Assembly: GCA_003344405.1 (NCBI GenBank)
Contig: NOWV01000115.1
Span: forward strand, 124,001-188,000
From: Trichoplax sp. H2
Lineage: Eukaryota
Length of the DNA: 64,000 nucleotides
Direction of reading: 5' to 3'
Shown one piece after another: positions 1 to 13,076 of this stretch. Below the pieces are notes generated by a model that saw only the letters and a list, made by a program, of their open reading frames with translations, did not search any database and was not told where the DNA came from. Every line of letters starts with the position of its first letter. Within the stretch, counting starts at the first letter, position 1. The translations under genes and the position numbers were made by a program.

Positions 1-1399
1 CAAGTTTATACAAGTAGTTAATACATTGATGACAAAATTTATGAAGGAAAATTCTAAAAATTTGCCATTATTGTATCAAATTGTGCGATTTATAACTACA
101 AGGAAGTTCTATCGTGATACTACAGTAATAAAACAAATCAACTAGTTGTATTCTACAGACTACACAATTTATGCTATTAACTATATCAAATTTACTACTT
201 TTAATCGAATCCTTGTCGATTTATCTGGTGAGAAGTACACTTTATAGTTTCGAGCCATTGACTGACTAAATATACGGTACTGAAATTGAATGGCTTAGTC
301 CACAAATCATAAAATAGAAATAAATATCATTCAAATTCCTGTATCGTAGTACAATAATCTACAATACTGATGAAACCAATGGTGATTGGATATTGCTATA
401 CATTTTATGTTAAAGGTTATGTATATCGTATATTACATCTATGCGTGCGAGTATATCCTTAATTATTTTAAAATCTGATATAATTTCTTCCTTAACTTTT
501 GATGGCAAAAGAGTTAAATAATTTCAGTGATATAGTATTAAGTAAATTAAGCGTAGAATTCTGCTTCTATTTTCAGAGAGATAAGCATCACATGTGTGCC
601 AAGATATACTAATAATTATTAAACACGCTCTATGATTTATTAAATTGAATACAGATTAAAGATATGATCAATAATATATTTTTGTTTAAAATTTTGACCT
701 TTACTTTTATGTTGCATAACCTTAATCATGATTGTGTTCTTTTTTAAGCCCGGCAATACGTTCGGTAACATTTTACATTTCACATCGATATGAGTTATTA
801 TTATTGTCTTGAATTAAAATGTATGAGCTATTCTTCTGAAGGACCGGATATCGTCTAGGGTCCAACAATGATTGGTACCACCTCTTGTCAAGGTTAATGA
901 ATATTATAATTTTCCCATGGAATAATGAATTAGCTTTAACAAGTCTATTATGAGATCTTGCTTATATCATGTTAGCATTGGCAAATAATTACTTCTACTA
1001 ATCTAGTTACCGTAAGTACTGGTAGCTTAAGGTATTAAAGCTAAATATCAAATTATTTATGAGCATTTCGATTAGTTTTCTAAATCAACATCCAGCGAAA
1101 GATATCCTGTGCTATAACAAAGTAATACTGAACACTTTAACAAATTGTGCTTCAAACAGCTGCAAGGCAATATTAATGATATTACATCTTAGAATGTTCT
1201 CATATTTTCTCAGCTTTAAAATAAAGTTATAGCTTTTAGAAGCATAAAATTTAATGCGTCGGATTTCGAAGCTGATTTTAAGTTAGCTTACAAGTAACAC
1301 ATCGCTCATTTCATTAATACATTTACTTCGATATTGTCTACATAAAGATAACATCATGGTTAAAATAGATGATAATTCAGCTTGTTATTGAAAGTAGCA

Positions 1400-2491
1400 T
1401 TAATTTTTAAAACATCGGCAGTATGATATTGCACCTGATAAGTAACAAATCAAAGGTTTCCTAAATTCCTTAATACATATAATGTGTAGAATTGGGCTGT
1501 GAAGTCCAATAGCTAAAATCGCAATATATTGTATTGCAAGAGCAAATCCAACCAAGTAGGCATTAGACTTTAAACTGTAACCTATGACAGTAAAATTAAA
1601 GCCCGTAAACCACAATAAGCAACATATAAATTGCACTATAATTAAATGTTTTAACATTTTATTTATATGTAGTAGGCGTTGATTCCATCGTCCATCCAGA
1701 CCTAATGTTTTAAACTTAAGTTGCTTTAACGTAATGGCAGATATGTAAAACCGATAATTACGCCTTAATTTCTTAGCAATCTTAATATAGCAGATCAACA
1801 TAATTAGAAATGGAATAACTATATTTAAGCTGGAAATAATCAATGTTATGTTTCGTGATGCTAATGAATTAGTGTAGAGCGCGCACATATCGTTAATAGA
1901 GCTGTCCTTGAGGACAATAAGAGATCTTGGCCAATATTGCAAAATTCCAATTAACCAGAAACCTGACAAAATTGTTATAGTTTTACGACGTGCTTGTCGA
2001 CGATTTGAATCCGTAAGAGTATGATTTGATAACTTGCAATAATTTTGTAGAGAAATGAAAGCCAGGGTGCCATTAGCTGTAAACAAAGCCACTACTGATA
2101 AAGGTATAATAAAACCACACAGTATCCCTGTCATAATTTTAGAGTACTGCAACGTTAAATCTTGGGTTAAAAGTGCAAAGACGAGTGGAAGAGGGTAAAA
2201 AATACCCACAAAAATATTAGCTATCGCTAAGTTTATTAAGCTATAGTATGAGGAAGATCTTAAATGTTTATTTTTGTAAATAATAAGCAATATATATAAG
2301 TTGGCTGGTAGACTAAAAAAAGTTAAAGAGTATGCAATGATGATAGAACACCAGATTGTTATCAACGGTAATTTAAAAGTATCACTATAGTAATTACTGG
2401 CAAGATTTTCGATGCTGCCATCATCCATACTATCGATATATCGTTCAATTTCTTTAAAATTAATCAGGGTACGATTGGAGCAATTATTCAT
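1400..2491 (-). CDS. Rhodopsin-like (class A) 7TM GPCR, orphan, paralogue 1
   Basis: 363-aa intronless ORF with seven hydrophobic segments. TM1 'AN', 'LRSSSYYSLINLAIAN' (TM2), Cys at the start of TM3 and in ECL2, helix 8 'KEFRKPL'. Polypyrimidine-CAG acceptor just upstream of the ATG (~2499) suggests a 5'UTR intron. Confidence 0.9.
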   Translation of the reverse strand: MNNCSNRTLINFKEIERYIDSMDDGSIENLASNYYSDTFKLPLITIWCSIIIAYSLTFFSLPANLYILLIIYKNKHLRSSSYYSLINLAIANIFVGIFYPLPLVFALLTQDLTLQYSKIMTGILCGFIIPLSVVALFTANGTLAFISLQNYCKLSNHTLTDSNRRQARRKTITILSGFWLIGILQYWPRSLIVLKDSSINDMCALYTNSLASRNITLIISSLNIVIPFLIMLICYIKIAKKLRRNYRFYISAITLKQLKFKTLGLDGRWNQRLLHINKMLKHLIIVQFICCLLWFTGFNFTVIGYSLKSNAYLVGFALAIQYIAILAIGLHSPILHIICIKEFRKPLICYLSGAISYCRCFKN

Positions 2492-5400
2492 GAATCATCT
2501 GAAAAAAAGCTTTGATATTGCTTAATTTCTTAAAAACCAAATCAACATTTAAAGTATAGTGCTGTGTATCTAACCAATAAATAAAGTATCATGGCAACTA
2601 ATCTTCTTAATGATTTAGTAAATAAAATATAAATTAATAAATACCATATTTCTATAGCCTTGTGTAAACAAGAAGCTAACCAGTTTAGTCCATAATAAGA
2701 CGGTTCAATTTAGTCATGGTGTATGGTAAGTTAAATTACTCAATACGAAAATCTAAGGACAGAAATTATCGTGTGCTTTGCTTATTTTTTAATTGAAATC
2801 AAATTCTTGTTTACACTATATACAGTATTCTTTATTTAAAAATTGGTTGGCAGAATTTACTAAATAACAGTAGTTTGCCTGATTAGCTGTAAATGCAAGA
2901 CAACAATGTCTCAGAAAATAAAAGTATCAGAATAAGATCATTCTTTGCTAAACTATACAAGTTGGCTTTGTTTTCGAGATAGCCTTTTTCGTATACTACA
3001 GATGTGGTCACGAATTAATGTTCCAATGTCTAGTTGTTGCAATATAGCCTCGAGTTTCCTCTAATACAGCGTAAATATCAAAATCATTTTTGATCAAGCC
3101 GTTACTAATAAGAGCACACTAAAGAGAAATTGAGGCATTAATACACCGTACAAACTTCAAGTAAAATGGCCAATCGATTATTTATCACTGAAAGGCCTTC
3201 CTAGTTAAAATCAATAGGCTCTAATCTAGGCAATTACATATATTAACTAAGTAAATGTAGAGAAATTTGTACATTTGAAAAGCCCTTTATATCTAAACTG
3301 ATTCCGCGTTGCAGTAATTAAGCAAATTAATCAACTCATTTATGATAAATATTACTATCAAGTTCTTTGGTAGCTAGGGTAAGACATACAAAGAAAATTG
3401 AGATACTTCCTTATATAAATTTTTTGCTATTCATTATAGATAAAGCCATCCATACTATAGAGGTTTTGATATAGCTAATCATTATGATCGAATACCTTTA
3501 CACGGCGAAGTAAAGTTAGTCAGATTTTTCCGTCACTATCCTATCGTTAAATTATTAAGTCAATAAGATGACTATTAGGAGTATTTATCAGTTATTAGAT
3601 CGAGTACGATAGAACTAGTGTCTAACTCAGTTAAATATTTTCTTACCACTAATAGTACATACTACATTGAGAAGTAGAAGTTATGGATATAAATTAATTT
3701 TACGATTTTTATGGTAAACAAGAGAATTACTTTTTACTGATACTCTTTAGTAGAATAATTGACTGCTGTATTTAATAATTTGTAAATTTTGAAATTGTTT
3801 AAAGCAATAAACAACCCTTGGCGTATAATCGACTATAAAAAATATTCTTATTTTCGAAATTATTCCGTCCTATATTGTTTGCACTGGAAGTAATTTTTGC
3901 TGTAATAGATGAATTTAACAGCTGTGTTAGTGAATAACAAAAACATTAAATTTTTCAGACAGTAAACTTTTAACATAGCGTCTAGCCTGTTTGCACCGTA
4001 TGGCTGTCTTAAAATAAATCTGTAACGATTTATTATTAGAAAATTGATAATGCTATACTTTAGTTTATGTTAGTTAAGATTTATTAACAGTAACGTTTTT
4101 AATTTTAAGCCTTGATGATTGATTAAATCCTACATATCCCAAATAGTAAATGCATGCTCTCAAGCTGTCTTAAATGAACGATTGTAGATACTGTATCTTG
4201 CATTTGTGCTTGGGTTTTGCAACTCTTAAATCGGTACTTTATACAGTAAATGCTCAAATAAAAATAAATTAATAATATCGTCCTACTGTGCACTGCCAGG
4301 TTTTTCTACAGTCAGTTAGTAAAGCAAGGTTTGAATTGAATTACATTGTAATCAAATACGTGTACAGTATAGTCTGTTCAATTATTTAAGGCAGCTCAAT
4401 ATCTTGTAATTTGGTTTATTTAAGATTAATTTTAAATATGTAACATTAGCAAGGCTACGTGAAGTACGAAAAGGTTATTTATCTAGGCATGTTACCTTAG
4501 AGTTCATTTTTCAATTTCTACTGTGTACTAATTGCAGATGAATTTCTTTGCAATATAATTAATGGAAACTACTGAACTTAGATAATAACTAATTATGCTA
4601 CAATTCTAAGCGTATTAATATAATTAAAGCATTTTCATTGTAATTGGCCATAAATCACAAAAATTTAGATTTAAACGTATGGCTCTGTATATTTCTTACT
4701 AGATTGGTATTGCTCGTTGCAGCCAAAATTAAAAATTAAGATTACCCTTTTTTGATTAAAATTGCTTGTAGCACAATGACAAATATGTTAGCTTGACATA
4801 CACGTAGATGCATTTCTATATATTACAAGTTATTAAATTTAGCCAATAACTATTACTTTCCGTATCATAAAACAATAACGATCTAGCTTGGTACTCCTGC
4901 TAAAAACTACGCTGGTTTAGTTTAGATTTGGATCTCTTTTAACGACAAAGCGGAAGCTTTGTAAATTTATTAATATTATCATCCTTGGTACCGAACCTGA
5001 TGCCAAAAATAAAAGTAGAGATCGAATATTGATTATTTCAATTCCATTATACGCAATTCAATAAATAGAAATATTAGAATGTACGATGCTATTATACAAT
5101 AAGATTAACGGTCAATTTTGACCCAAGCCCGTTACTATTGGTTAATTTATATTTGTCCTTATCAGGAATCTGTTAGTAGTGTTCGAAACTTAGATGTAAA
5201 ACTTGTTCCTTCTACAATAAATAGCCATCAATTTCTTAAATATTTATCCTAATAGTTATTATATTATACTTTACCGTAATCATATTGCAGCTTCCTTGAA
5301 ATCTTCGAACGAGTTATTATCTTCCTTCTAGGAATCAATTCTTTTGCTCTAGTAAAATGGTATACAGTCGTACACTATTTGTAATATACCGTACATGTTT

Positions 5401-5614
5401 ATGTAGGTTAACTAGCTTTTATGAAAAGTTAATCGCAATGCATTTAACTTAACGGTTATATAAATTGTAGGAAATTTGTGTCCGTACTCACTAAAGTATG
5501 CAAGTATTACAAAAAAATTAAAAACTCATTTCTATCCAAGTGATGTGAAATAAAAAAGTATAGAAACTACGTATTTGAAATATTATGCATTAAAAAACTG
5601 TACTGCTTTAAAAG

Positions 5615-6649
5615 TTATATTAAAGCCGAATCGATTTTCTTGAACCTTATCCATTTAGGCCAACATTGAATAGATAGTAAATGAGATTCTAATGGCTGTC
5701 GGAATTTTCTTAAACACAGTATGTATAATATTGGTCCATGAAGTCCAGTTGCTACTAATGCTATATATGAAATTGCATATGCAAAGCCCACGACATAAGA
5801 ATTTAACTTTGTAGCATAGCCTATGACAAAAGTAAGCATGCTGATTACCCCTGTAGTGCAGCATATAAACTGAATCTGTGCTACTCGTCGTAACATTTTA
5901 ATTGCGTTATTAAGACGTTGTGTTTGGCGCCCACCTTGATTGAAAGATCGAAATTTAAGTTGCCGTAGAATAGCTGCCGAAATGAAAAATCGATGACGTT
6001 GTTTCAATGTCTTTGCAATTTTAACATGGCAAATTAACATAATTATAAATGGATAAATGTGAATGATTGTAGCGGCTACCAGCATAATATTTCTCATTAA
6101 ATCATCCTGAGTAAATAATGTACAAATATTAGGTATGGAACTTCTATCTAATACAATAATCGAACGAGGCCAATGTTGGAGAATACCAATTATCCATAAA
6201 CCAATTAAAATGGTCAATACTTTACGACGATGTAATTGTCGACGAGGATATGCATGTCGAACTATAGTATAATACTTTTCTATAGCGATAAATGCCAATG
6301 AACCATTAGCGGCCTGCAAAGCCACTACGGAAGAAGGTAGAATAAAGCAACATAAAACTAATTTTATAGCTTCGGAATGCTGCAACGGTGAATTATAGGT
6401 AATAAGGACAAAAAGTGGAGTTATTGGAAACGTAAAGGCGACAACAAGATTAGCAATTGATAAATTCGCTAGTCCATAAAATGACGCCGATCTTAAATCT
6501 TTATTAATAAAGATGACATATAAGATATAGCTATTCGCTAGTATGCTAATGATACTGAGTATTCCAGCAATGACCATACAAATTTGGATCGTTATTATCG
6601 GCAAGGGCGTAATTTCATCACTGGAAGTATTAGCTTGAGTTGAATTCAT
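5615..6649 (-). CDS. Rhodopsin-like 7TM GPCR, orphan, paralogue 2
   Basis: 344-aa ORF with N-terminal N-glycosylation sequons (NST, NTS), 'DLRSASFYGLANLSIAN', 'IAIEKY', 'QHWPRS', 'HGPILY', 'RKFRQPL'. Clear paralogue of the neighbouring ORFs. Confidence 0.92.
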   Translation of the reverse strand: MNSTQANTSSDEITPLPIITIQICMVIAGILSIISILANSYILYVIFINKDLRSASFYGLANLSIANLVVAFTFPITPLFVLITYNSPLQHSEAIKLVLCCFILPSSVVALQAANGSLAFIAIEKYYTIVRHAYPRRQLHRRKVLTILIGLWIIGILQHWPRSIIVLDRSSIPNICTLFTQDDLMRNIMLVAATIIHIYPFIIMLICHVKIAKTLKQRHRFFISAAILRQLKFRSFNQGGRQTQRLNNAIKMLRRVAQIQFICCTTGVISMLTFVIGYATKLNSYVVGFAYAISYIALVATGLHGPILYILCLRKFRQPLESHLLSIQCWPKWIRFKKIDSALI

Positions 6650-9600
6650 AATTTTTTAATTATCTTATACTTGGATTTCAGATTTAAAGAAATGATAAAC
6701 ACCAACCAGTAACTAAATATTTCAATTTAAATATTTAAAAGATTCAAAAATTATTTACTAGGGGAAATATTACGTTCTTAAGATTAGATAAAATCCATTT
6801 TAGTAGCTGATTATTATTTTAATTATCAAATAATAAATATTATCTTACCTTATAGTTCATCTAAGAATTCCTTGATGATAGAATGCAGCGGAATTAAAAC
6901 CGATTCGATCATATGCGATATTGATACTATATGATAACTTGAAATAAACAATATGTATTCTAGATATAAGTAACTTTCTCATTGACATACGCCTATAGTA
7001 GTAATCGTTTGCAATTTTTGATATCGTAAGATAAGTCGAATTTTCTTTATAACTCTAAAGGCGGTGAGAGAGGTTCTGCTATATTAAAATATATACTGTA
7101 GCTTCTCTGGACAATAGGTCTGCAAATTTAGTACGACCATTATTAAACAAACTGCGTACATCCTGACTAGAAAATCAAAGCTGTGCTTTTCTAAAAAATT
7201 CGTATCACGTAAAAATATTCATCTTATTAAAAACAATGCCTTCCAATAGTAATTTTGAAATTAACTATTTCATACCAACTAATTGTCTATGCATTCAGAG
7301 CAATTAATTCGACTTATAAATAATAGACTGTCAACGCTCTAGATGTCATTAAATATCCTGAAAAACAAGATTTTATATTTAAGAATAAAATACTTACTTG
7401 AATTCGAACGAATAAACAATAGTTTATATCTCGGTTTTACTGCTAGACATCGTAGGGCTTTGCCATACTAGAACGTTATAAAGAGATCGTACCAAAATTT
7501 TCCCTTTTAGTTTTCCTATCAAATTTGATTTAGTTCTTATACCGTTATCAATGATTTGGGCTTCATTACACTTAAAGAGCTATACGCTTTAGTAGGTTGG
7601 AAGGGTGAAAATTTTTATGCTAAATCTAGTTATTAAATGAGCTATGACTAACATAATGGAATTAAATAGTGCGTACTTGTAACTAAGATTACAAGATTGA
7701 GTGCAAGTGTGTCTACATTGTCATTGTGGATAAATACAGGCAGGTTCTTATGCGTAAATTTAAGAATTACAAGAAATTAAAGTATTTATCATTTCATCAG
7801 ATTATTTTTAGAAAGCCTATAAAGTCAAAAATTCAAAAATATATGGTTCTAATTATTTGTGACATCAAAAGCCACTCGTAAGCTATAGCAATAACTTTTG
7901 TGACGCAATAAAATCATCATATCCTGATCGGTATCGTAGAAAGTCTGTTTTTTAATGTGTGAAATATACATAGGTATTGTGTGGAGAGCTTTATGGAGTT
8001 TCTTCATAAATCAATATTCAGTTGCACTTTATACCCATTCAAAGGTGGCATTAAGCAATTCCAATACTTTACATGAATTATTTTCTGAATCGATATACAA
8101 TAATAGTTCATCGAAGCTGCTTTGATTTCCTGATAAATGCAGTAAATTAATTAATATCAATTGTACGATTTTAATAAGGCTACATTCACTCAAAATTAAT
8201 TGAAAGTTTGGTATCTTACATTTCATGTTGATAGTTACTGTAAATCTGTCTTTTTAAATTAAATCTATTTTTATGTTTGCCATATCAGTAATGGTATTAC
8301 ATACTTTATACTTGCAATATTCTTTAATTTAACTCATTAATATAAACTTGACAATTTCGTAAAGGTAAAATGTGTTTGTAAATTTATTAACACTAATAAA
8401 TATTATTTTTCAACGTAAAGAAACCTTATTTTTATTTCAATTATCAGTTAAGTAGAACATATTTTAATTAAGTAAGAGAGACATTCAATACGAAGTGATC
8501 TACCAGTCGTAGGTCTTTCGGACAATAGCGGAGCCTTTTAAAGTCGAATATCGATTCGAACTTAGTCACAAATTGTACGTTCATCTGTTGAAGACTTCAT
8601 AAAAATGACTAATTTATGAAATCGTATACCCGTCAGTCTTATTTTTAATGCCCACTCCAAGTACCAATTTTGTCGCTGTCAATCGAAAGAAACTAGTTTT
8701 GGATGGTTAGCTATTTATGGGATCATGTCGCTAGCAACGTGGGCGAGAACAAATGAGAACAAATTTACGGGAGGATTTTATTTTTTGCTTAGTATTTATT
8801 TATGATAGTAATAAGAATGTTCAATGCAAAATACAACATTGAAAATTTTACGGTACTCCGCTATTTAAATCCTATTCTTTGGTTCTATTTATTCCTAGAG
8901 TACAAAATGTCATGAGTCTTATCATTAATCGCCATATGACATAAACTAATACATACTTTATGTGTAGTTAAAACGTACTTCATTAAATCTGCTGCCTTTA
9001 CTATATTCTGACCTTGTGCACTTATATACAATATTGTTACAACTGTCTAAGTGGCATAAACTATCTAGAACAACCCTCCTAGATAGACTCAAAGAACAGT
9101 CTCAAAAAGTACAACTTACTTTAGGTTACCACTTTATTTTGTAGTTCTTACTAGTAATCTATAACAAAAAGAAAAATCAATAACAACCTACAATAACAAG
9201 CTTTTACATTTAGACTTAAAATAAGATAAAATAAAGCAAGCGAACAACAGACATCCAATCAAAGAAGGTCAAAGCAGCTAGAGCATTACAAACATGATAG
9301 ATTGTAACTTAGTCAAACCGTATTATTAACTTAAATACTATAAGAAATTATTACAAGTTAAAAATATAGCTTTTAGCATAAGCTAGGCAAGAATTTCTGC
9401 CTGAACACGTATCTTATCTACTGTCATTTAATATTACTGACAAGATTCCTATTACACCCATTTAATGACTCAATTGATATACATGTCTTAAATTACAGAC
9501 ATGACACAATCATAATAGCGGAAACGTAGTTCCGTAACAAATAGCTATTGGTAATATTTTGCAACACTAACAACAAAACCAGAATAAACTGGAATAGGTC

Positions 9601-10628
9601 TCAGGCATTTCTTGAGCCGCACTTTTAGGCTAAATTCTACTTCAAACGAATGATTAATCTTAAATTCTTTAGTGCATACAAATATGAACTTAAAGATGCC
9701 TAACTTTGGCAATATTGGCTTAGATATCGTTCAAGTACATCTGTATAACCTAGTATTCCTTCTCTTTTTTTTTTATATCATTTACGCTAAACATAAGTTA
9801 TAGTTCAGACTGCTCGGCGATTTTCCTATTACAGACTAGGCTAGAAACAAGAATGACCCTTATCCAAAGTTATTACCACGAGCATTTTTTCTGACTAAAT
9901 AATTAAAATTAAAATTTTATTGAAATTTTAACTAGTTTCTAGTTCAGCTATGATACTAGACACGATTTTCACCATTCGATAGCTTACGGTACTTTCCATC
10001 TAAAAGCAATAATAACCGTGCCTCATTACAATTTTATACCTTATAAAACTTATGACAGCTAGTCAGACAGAGAATTAAAAAATCGTATTCGTAATGCATA
10101 AAAGCTCGGCAGGTTAAATTTAATAATTAGTAGAAAGAATGATTTATTATTTGACTTCTACACTACAGTACATACACATATCCATCTTTAAGTAAAATTA
10201 AGGTATATTATTAATGGAATGAACTCAATTAATTACAGTATTAAAAATAGGCCAGGATATATTGAAGCATACTATGGTATTATAATACATTAATAGTAAC
10301 AAAAACTGAATGTAGCAATTTACCTTTTAAAATTTATAATAGAAAATGAATGATAGTTTATAATTGATTTCTGTGCGACAGTCTTTACCTTGTTAGCAAA
10401 GGTGCTGATGAATTACTTAAACTGAAATGAAACATTACCGCTATTTTTTTAACGAAGACCTGGTTTGAATGATAGCCCGTAAATCATTTGATAATTTCAT
10501 TAAAAGTTTAAAAATTCCGGTAAAGAATTCTTTTTCGGCAGCAAAATACGAAGCAAGATTGAATTTTAATTCAGCCTAAGCTATTGTAGATTAAGGCTGT
10601 ATCGCCTCATTTTCTTTAATTTTTACGA

Positions 10629-11618
10629 TTAAATGGAACTGCTCGCTGAAATGCAAATTTGTAATGGCCGTCTAAATTTTTTTAACCAGATAATATGCAG
10701 AAGTGGAGCGTGAAGCCCACTCGCTATAATACATAAGTAGTGCAATATAAATGCAAATCCTACAAGATAGGGATTCAATTTTGCAGCATAACCAGAAACG
10801 GTAACATGGAAGCCCAACAGCCACAACATGCAGCAAGCAAATTGAACTAAGGCTATATAGCGTAACATTTTAATTGATTTTTTAAAACGTAGCCCAGAGT
10901 TTTCGGTAGAATGGAACGAAGGAACATCCAGTTGTCTAAATATAATTCTCGAAGTAAAGAAACGTTCATGTTTCTTCAATTCCCACGTAATTCTAGCATT
11001 ACAGATTAGTGTAATAACTAATGGTGTAACGTTAATAAATGTGCCTGAAATTAACAACGAGTTTCGAATAAAATCCAAACTAGAATAAAGTCTGCAAAAT
11101 GCATGAATTGAACTTTCTTCTATGGAAATTAAAGACCGAGGCCATTGTATAAGTGATACAATCCATAAAGCCATTAAAATTGTGAATACTTTCTGGCGCT
11201 GCATTCGGCGGCGTGAACGAGAACGATAGGTTATAGTATAACACTTTTCTATGGCAATATACGTTAATGTACCATTAATTACTAAAAACGCAGACATAGG
11301 TAATGGCAGAATAAAGCCGCACAAGATTAGTTTCAGAGTCGGAGAATTTCGAAGTGGTGAATTATATGTGATCAGGACTAAGATTGGAACCAGAGGATAT
11401 AAAACAGCAACGACCAAGTTAGCAAAAGATAAATTCATTAATCCATAAAATGAAGCTGATCTCATTTCTTTATCTTTATAAATTATACATATGATGTAAG
11501 TATTGACAATAATACTGATCACGGTAATTATTCCTCCAAGAATAACGGTAATTATGATAGTTAATAAATGTAGAAGTAGATTATCTACATGCGTTGCGTT
11601 AGTATCATTTAGGGTCAT
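10629..11618 (-). CDS. Rhodopsin-like 7TM GPCR, orphan, paralogue 3
   Basis: 329-aa ORF with NDT/NAT sequons, 'EMRSASFYGLMNLSFAN', 'IAIEKC', 'QWPRS', 'HAPLLH', 'KKFRRPL'. Confidence 0.92.
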   Translation of the reverse strand: MTLNDTNATHVDNLLLHLLTIIITVILGGIITVISIIVNTYIICIIYKDKEMRSASFYGLMNLSFANLVVAVLYPLVPILVLITYNSPLRNSPTLKLILCGFILPLPMSAFLVINGTLTYIAIEKCYTITYRSRSRRRMQRQKVFTILMALWIVSLIQWPRSLISIEESSIHAFCRLYSSLDFIRNSLLISGTFINVTPLVITLICNARITWELKKHERFFTSRIIFRQLDVPSFHSTENSGLRFKKSIKMLRYIALVQFACCMLWLLGFHVTVSGYAAKLNPYLVGFAFILHYLCIIASGLHAPLLHIIWLKKFRRPLQICISASSSI

Positions 11619-11828
11619 ACTTTCAGGATTATTATCACAAAATTTACTGGTAAAATGATAAAGAGATCTCAGTATCGCTTAGGAATGACCTGGTAAAGAT
11701 CGCTTACTTTTTAAATTACTTTAATTTTCTTTACATTTTATGAAATATAACTGAATTCTTAAACGATTGTCATTAGAAACTTGAATCCTTTCATATCACG
11801 AACAAAACTCAAACAGCTAGTTTATCAA

Positions 11829-13076
11829 ATATGAATTGAAAAAAATTTATAAGACAGGGATTATTGTTTATAATATTAAGCAGCGGATAATAAGTTTTTT
11901 GCATTTTAATAAATGGACTGTAATATAGGTTAATTTAATAGTCAAGAGTTTCTATGGCATTTCATGATATAAATAACCAGTACCATTCAGTAATATTAAG
12001 TGTCATTACTGTCTGATAAATGTCAAGATCGAAGCTTGATCTTTGTTTATAGCAACCGGATTATGTACATTTGTCTAACTCTTCTAAAGAAGCCAGTACA
12101 TCGATTACTGTGGTTTAATTTGGCTTACTTTTACTTGTAAGGTATTATACGATTATGCAGACTAAAACGGGTTCAGTATACATTTACAGGTAGAAGCAAA
12201 TACCGTTAACTCTTGGTAAAAAACTGATTTTCAGGCTATTTGTTGCCTATTAATCATTTAACTGTACACTTTACTATCAAATTATACTCTCACTTTCATT
12301 TTCTATCTAGTAGCTTTGTACTAGTATTATTTCTGTTATTTTTTCATGCTAGATTTATAAAATAATACTATCCTTGTAACATGACGCTGCTTTCTAGCTC
12401 GATATTGATATATTATTCAATAACACACTCTTTGGCTATCATTAACGTGAATATGAATCGAAAACAATTTATAAGACAGGAATTATTAATTTTAATATTA
12501 AGTAGCGGATAATAGTCTTTGCATTCTAATAAATGGAATGTAATATAGGATAATTTAATAGTCAAAGAGTTTCTATGGCATGTCATGATAAAAATAACCA
12601 GCACCGGTCAGTAACGTTAAATGTCATCACTCAGGCTAATAAATGTCGAGATCGATGCTCAATCTTGACATATAGTAACCGGATTATGTACATTTGTCTA
12701 GCTCTTCTATAGAAGCCAGTACTTCGATTACAGTGATTTAATTTGGCTTACTTTTAGTTCTAAGGTAATTATACGACTATACAATCTAAAACAGGCTCAG
12801 TATATTGTACAGGTAGAGGTAGAAGTAAATACCGTTAATTCTTGGTAAAAAAACAGATTTTCAGACCATTTATCGCCTATTAATAATTTAACTTTACTTA
12901 CTGTAATGTCAAATTATACTCTTAATTTTGTTTTCTATCTGGTAGCTTTATACTTGTATTATTTCTGTTATTTTTAATATAAGATTTATAAAATAATACT
13001 TTCATTATAAAATGAGGCTGCTTTCTAGTTCGATATTGATATATCATTCAATATTACACTCCATGAATATCATTAA
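11829..13076. repeat. Diverged tandem duplication, two copies of ~620 bp, upstream of GPCR paralogue 3
   Basis: Colinear matches such as 'tttataagacagg...taatattaag' (11846/12468), 'aaccggattatgtacatttgtcta' (12054/12677) and 'ttctag.tcgatattgatata' (12392/13023). Confidence 0.9.

Noticed and set aside
2586..2598. RFX X-box-like GTTGCCATGATAC (minus strand) upstream of GPCR paralogue 1
   Set aside because: Only one good half-site, and none was noticed at equivalent positions of the other paralogues.
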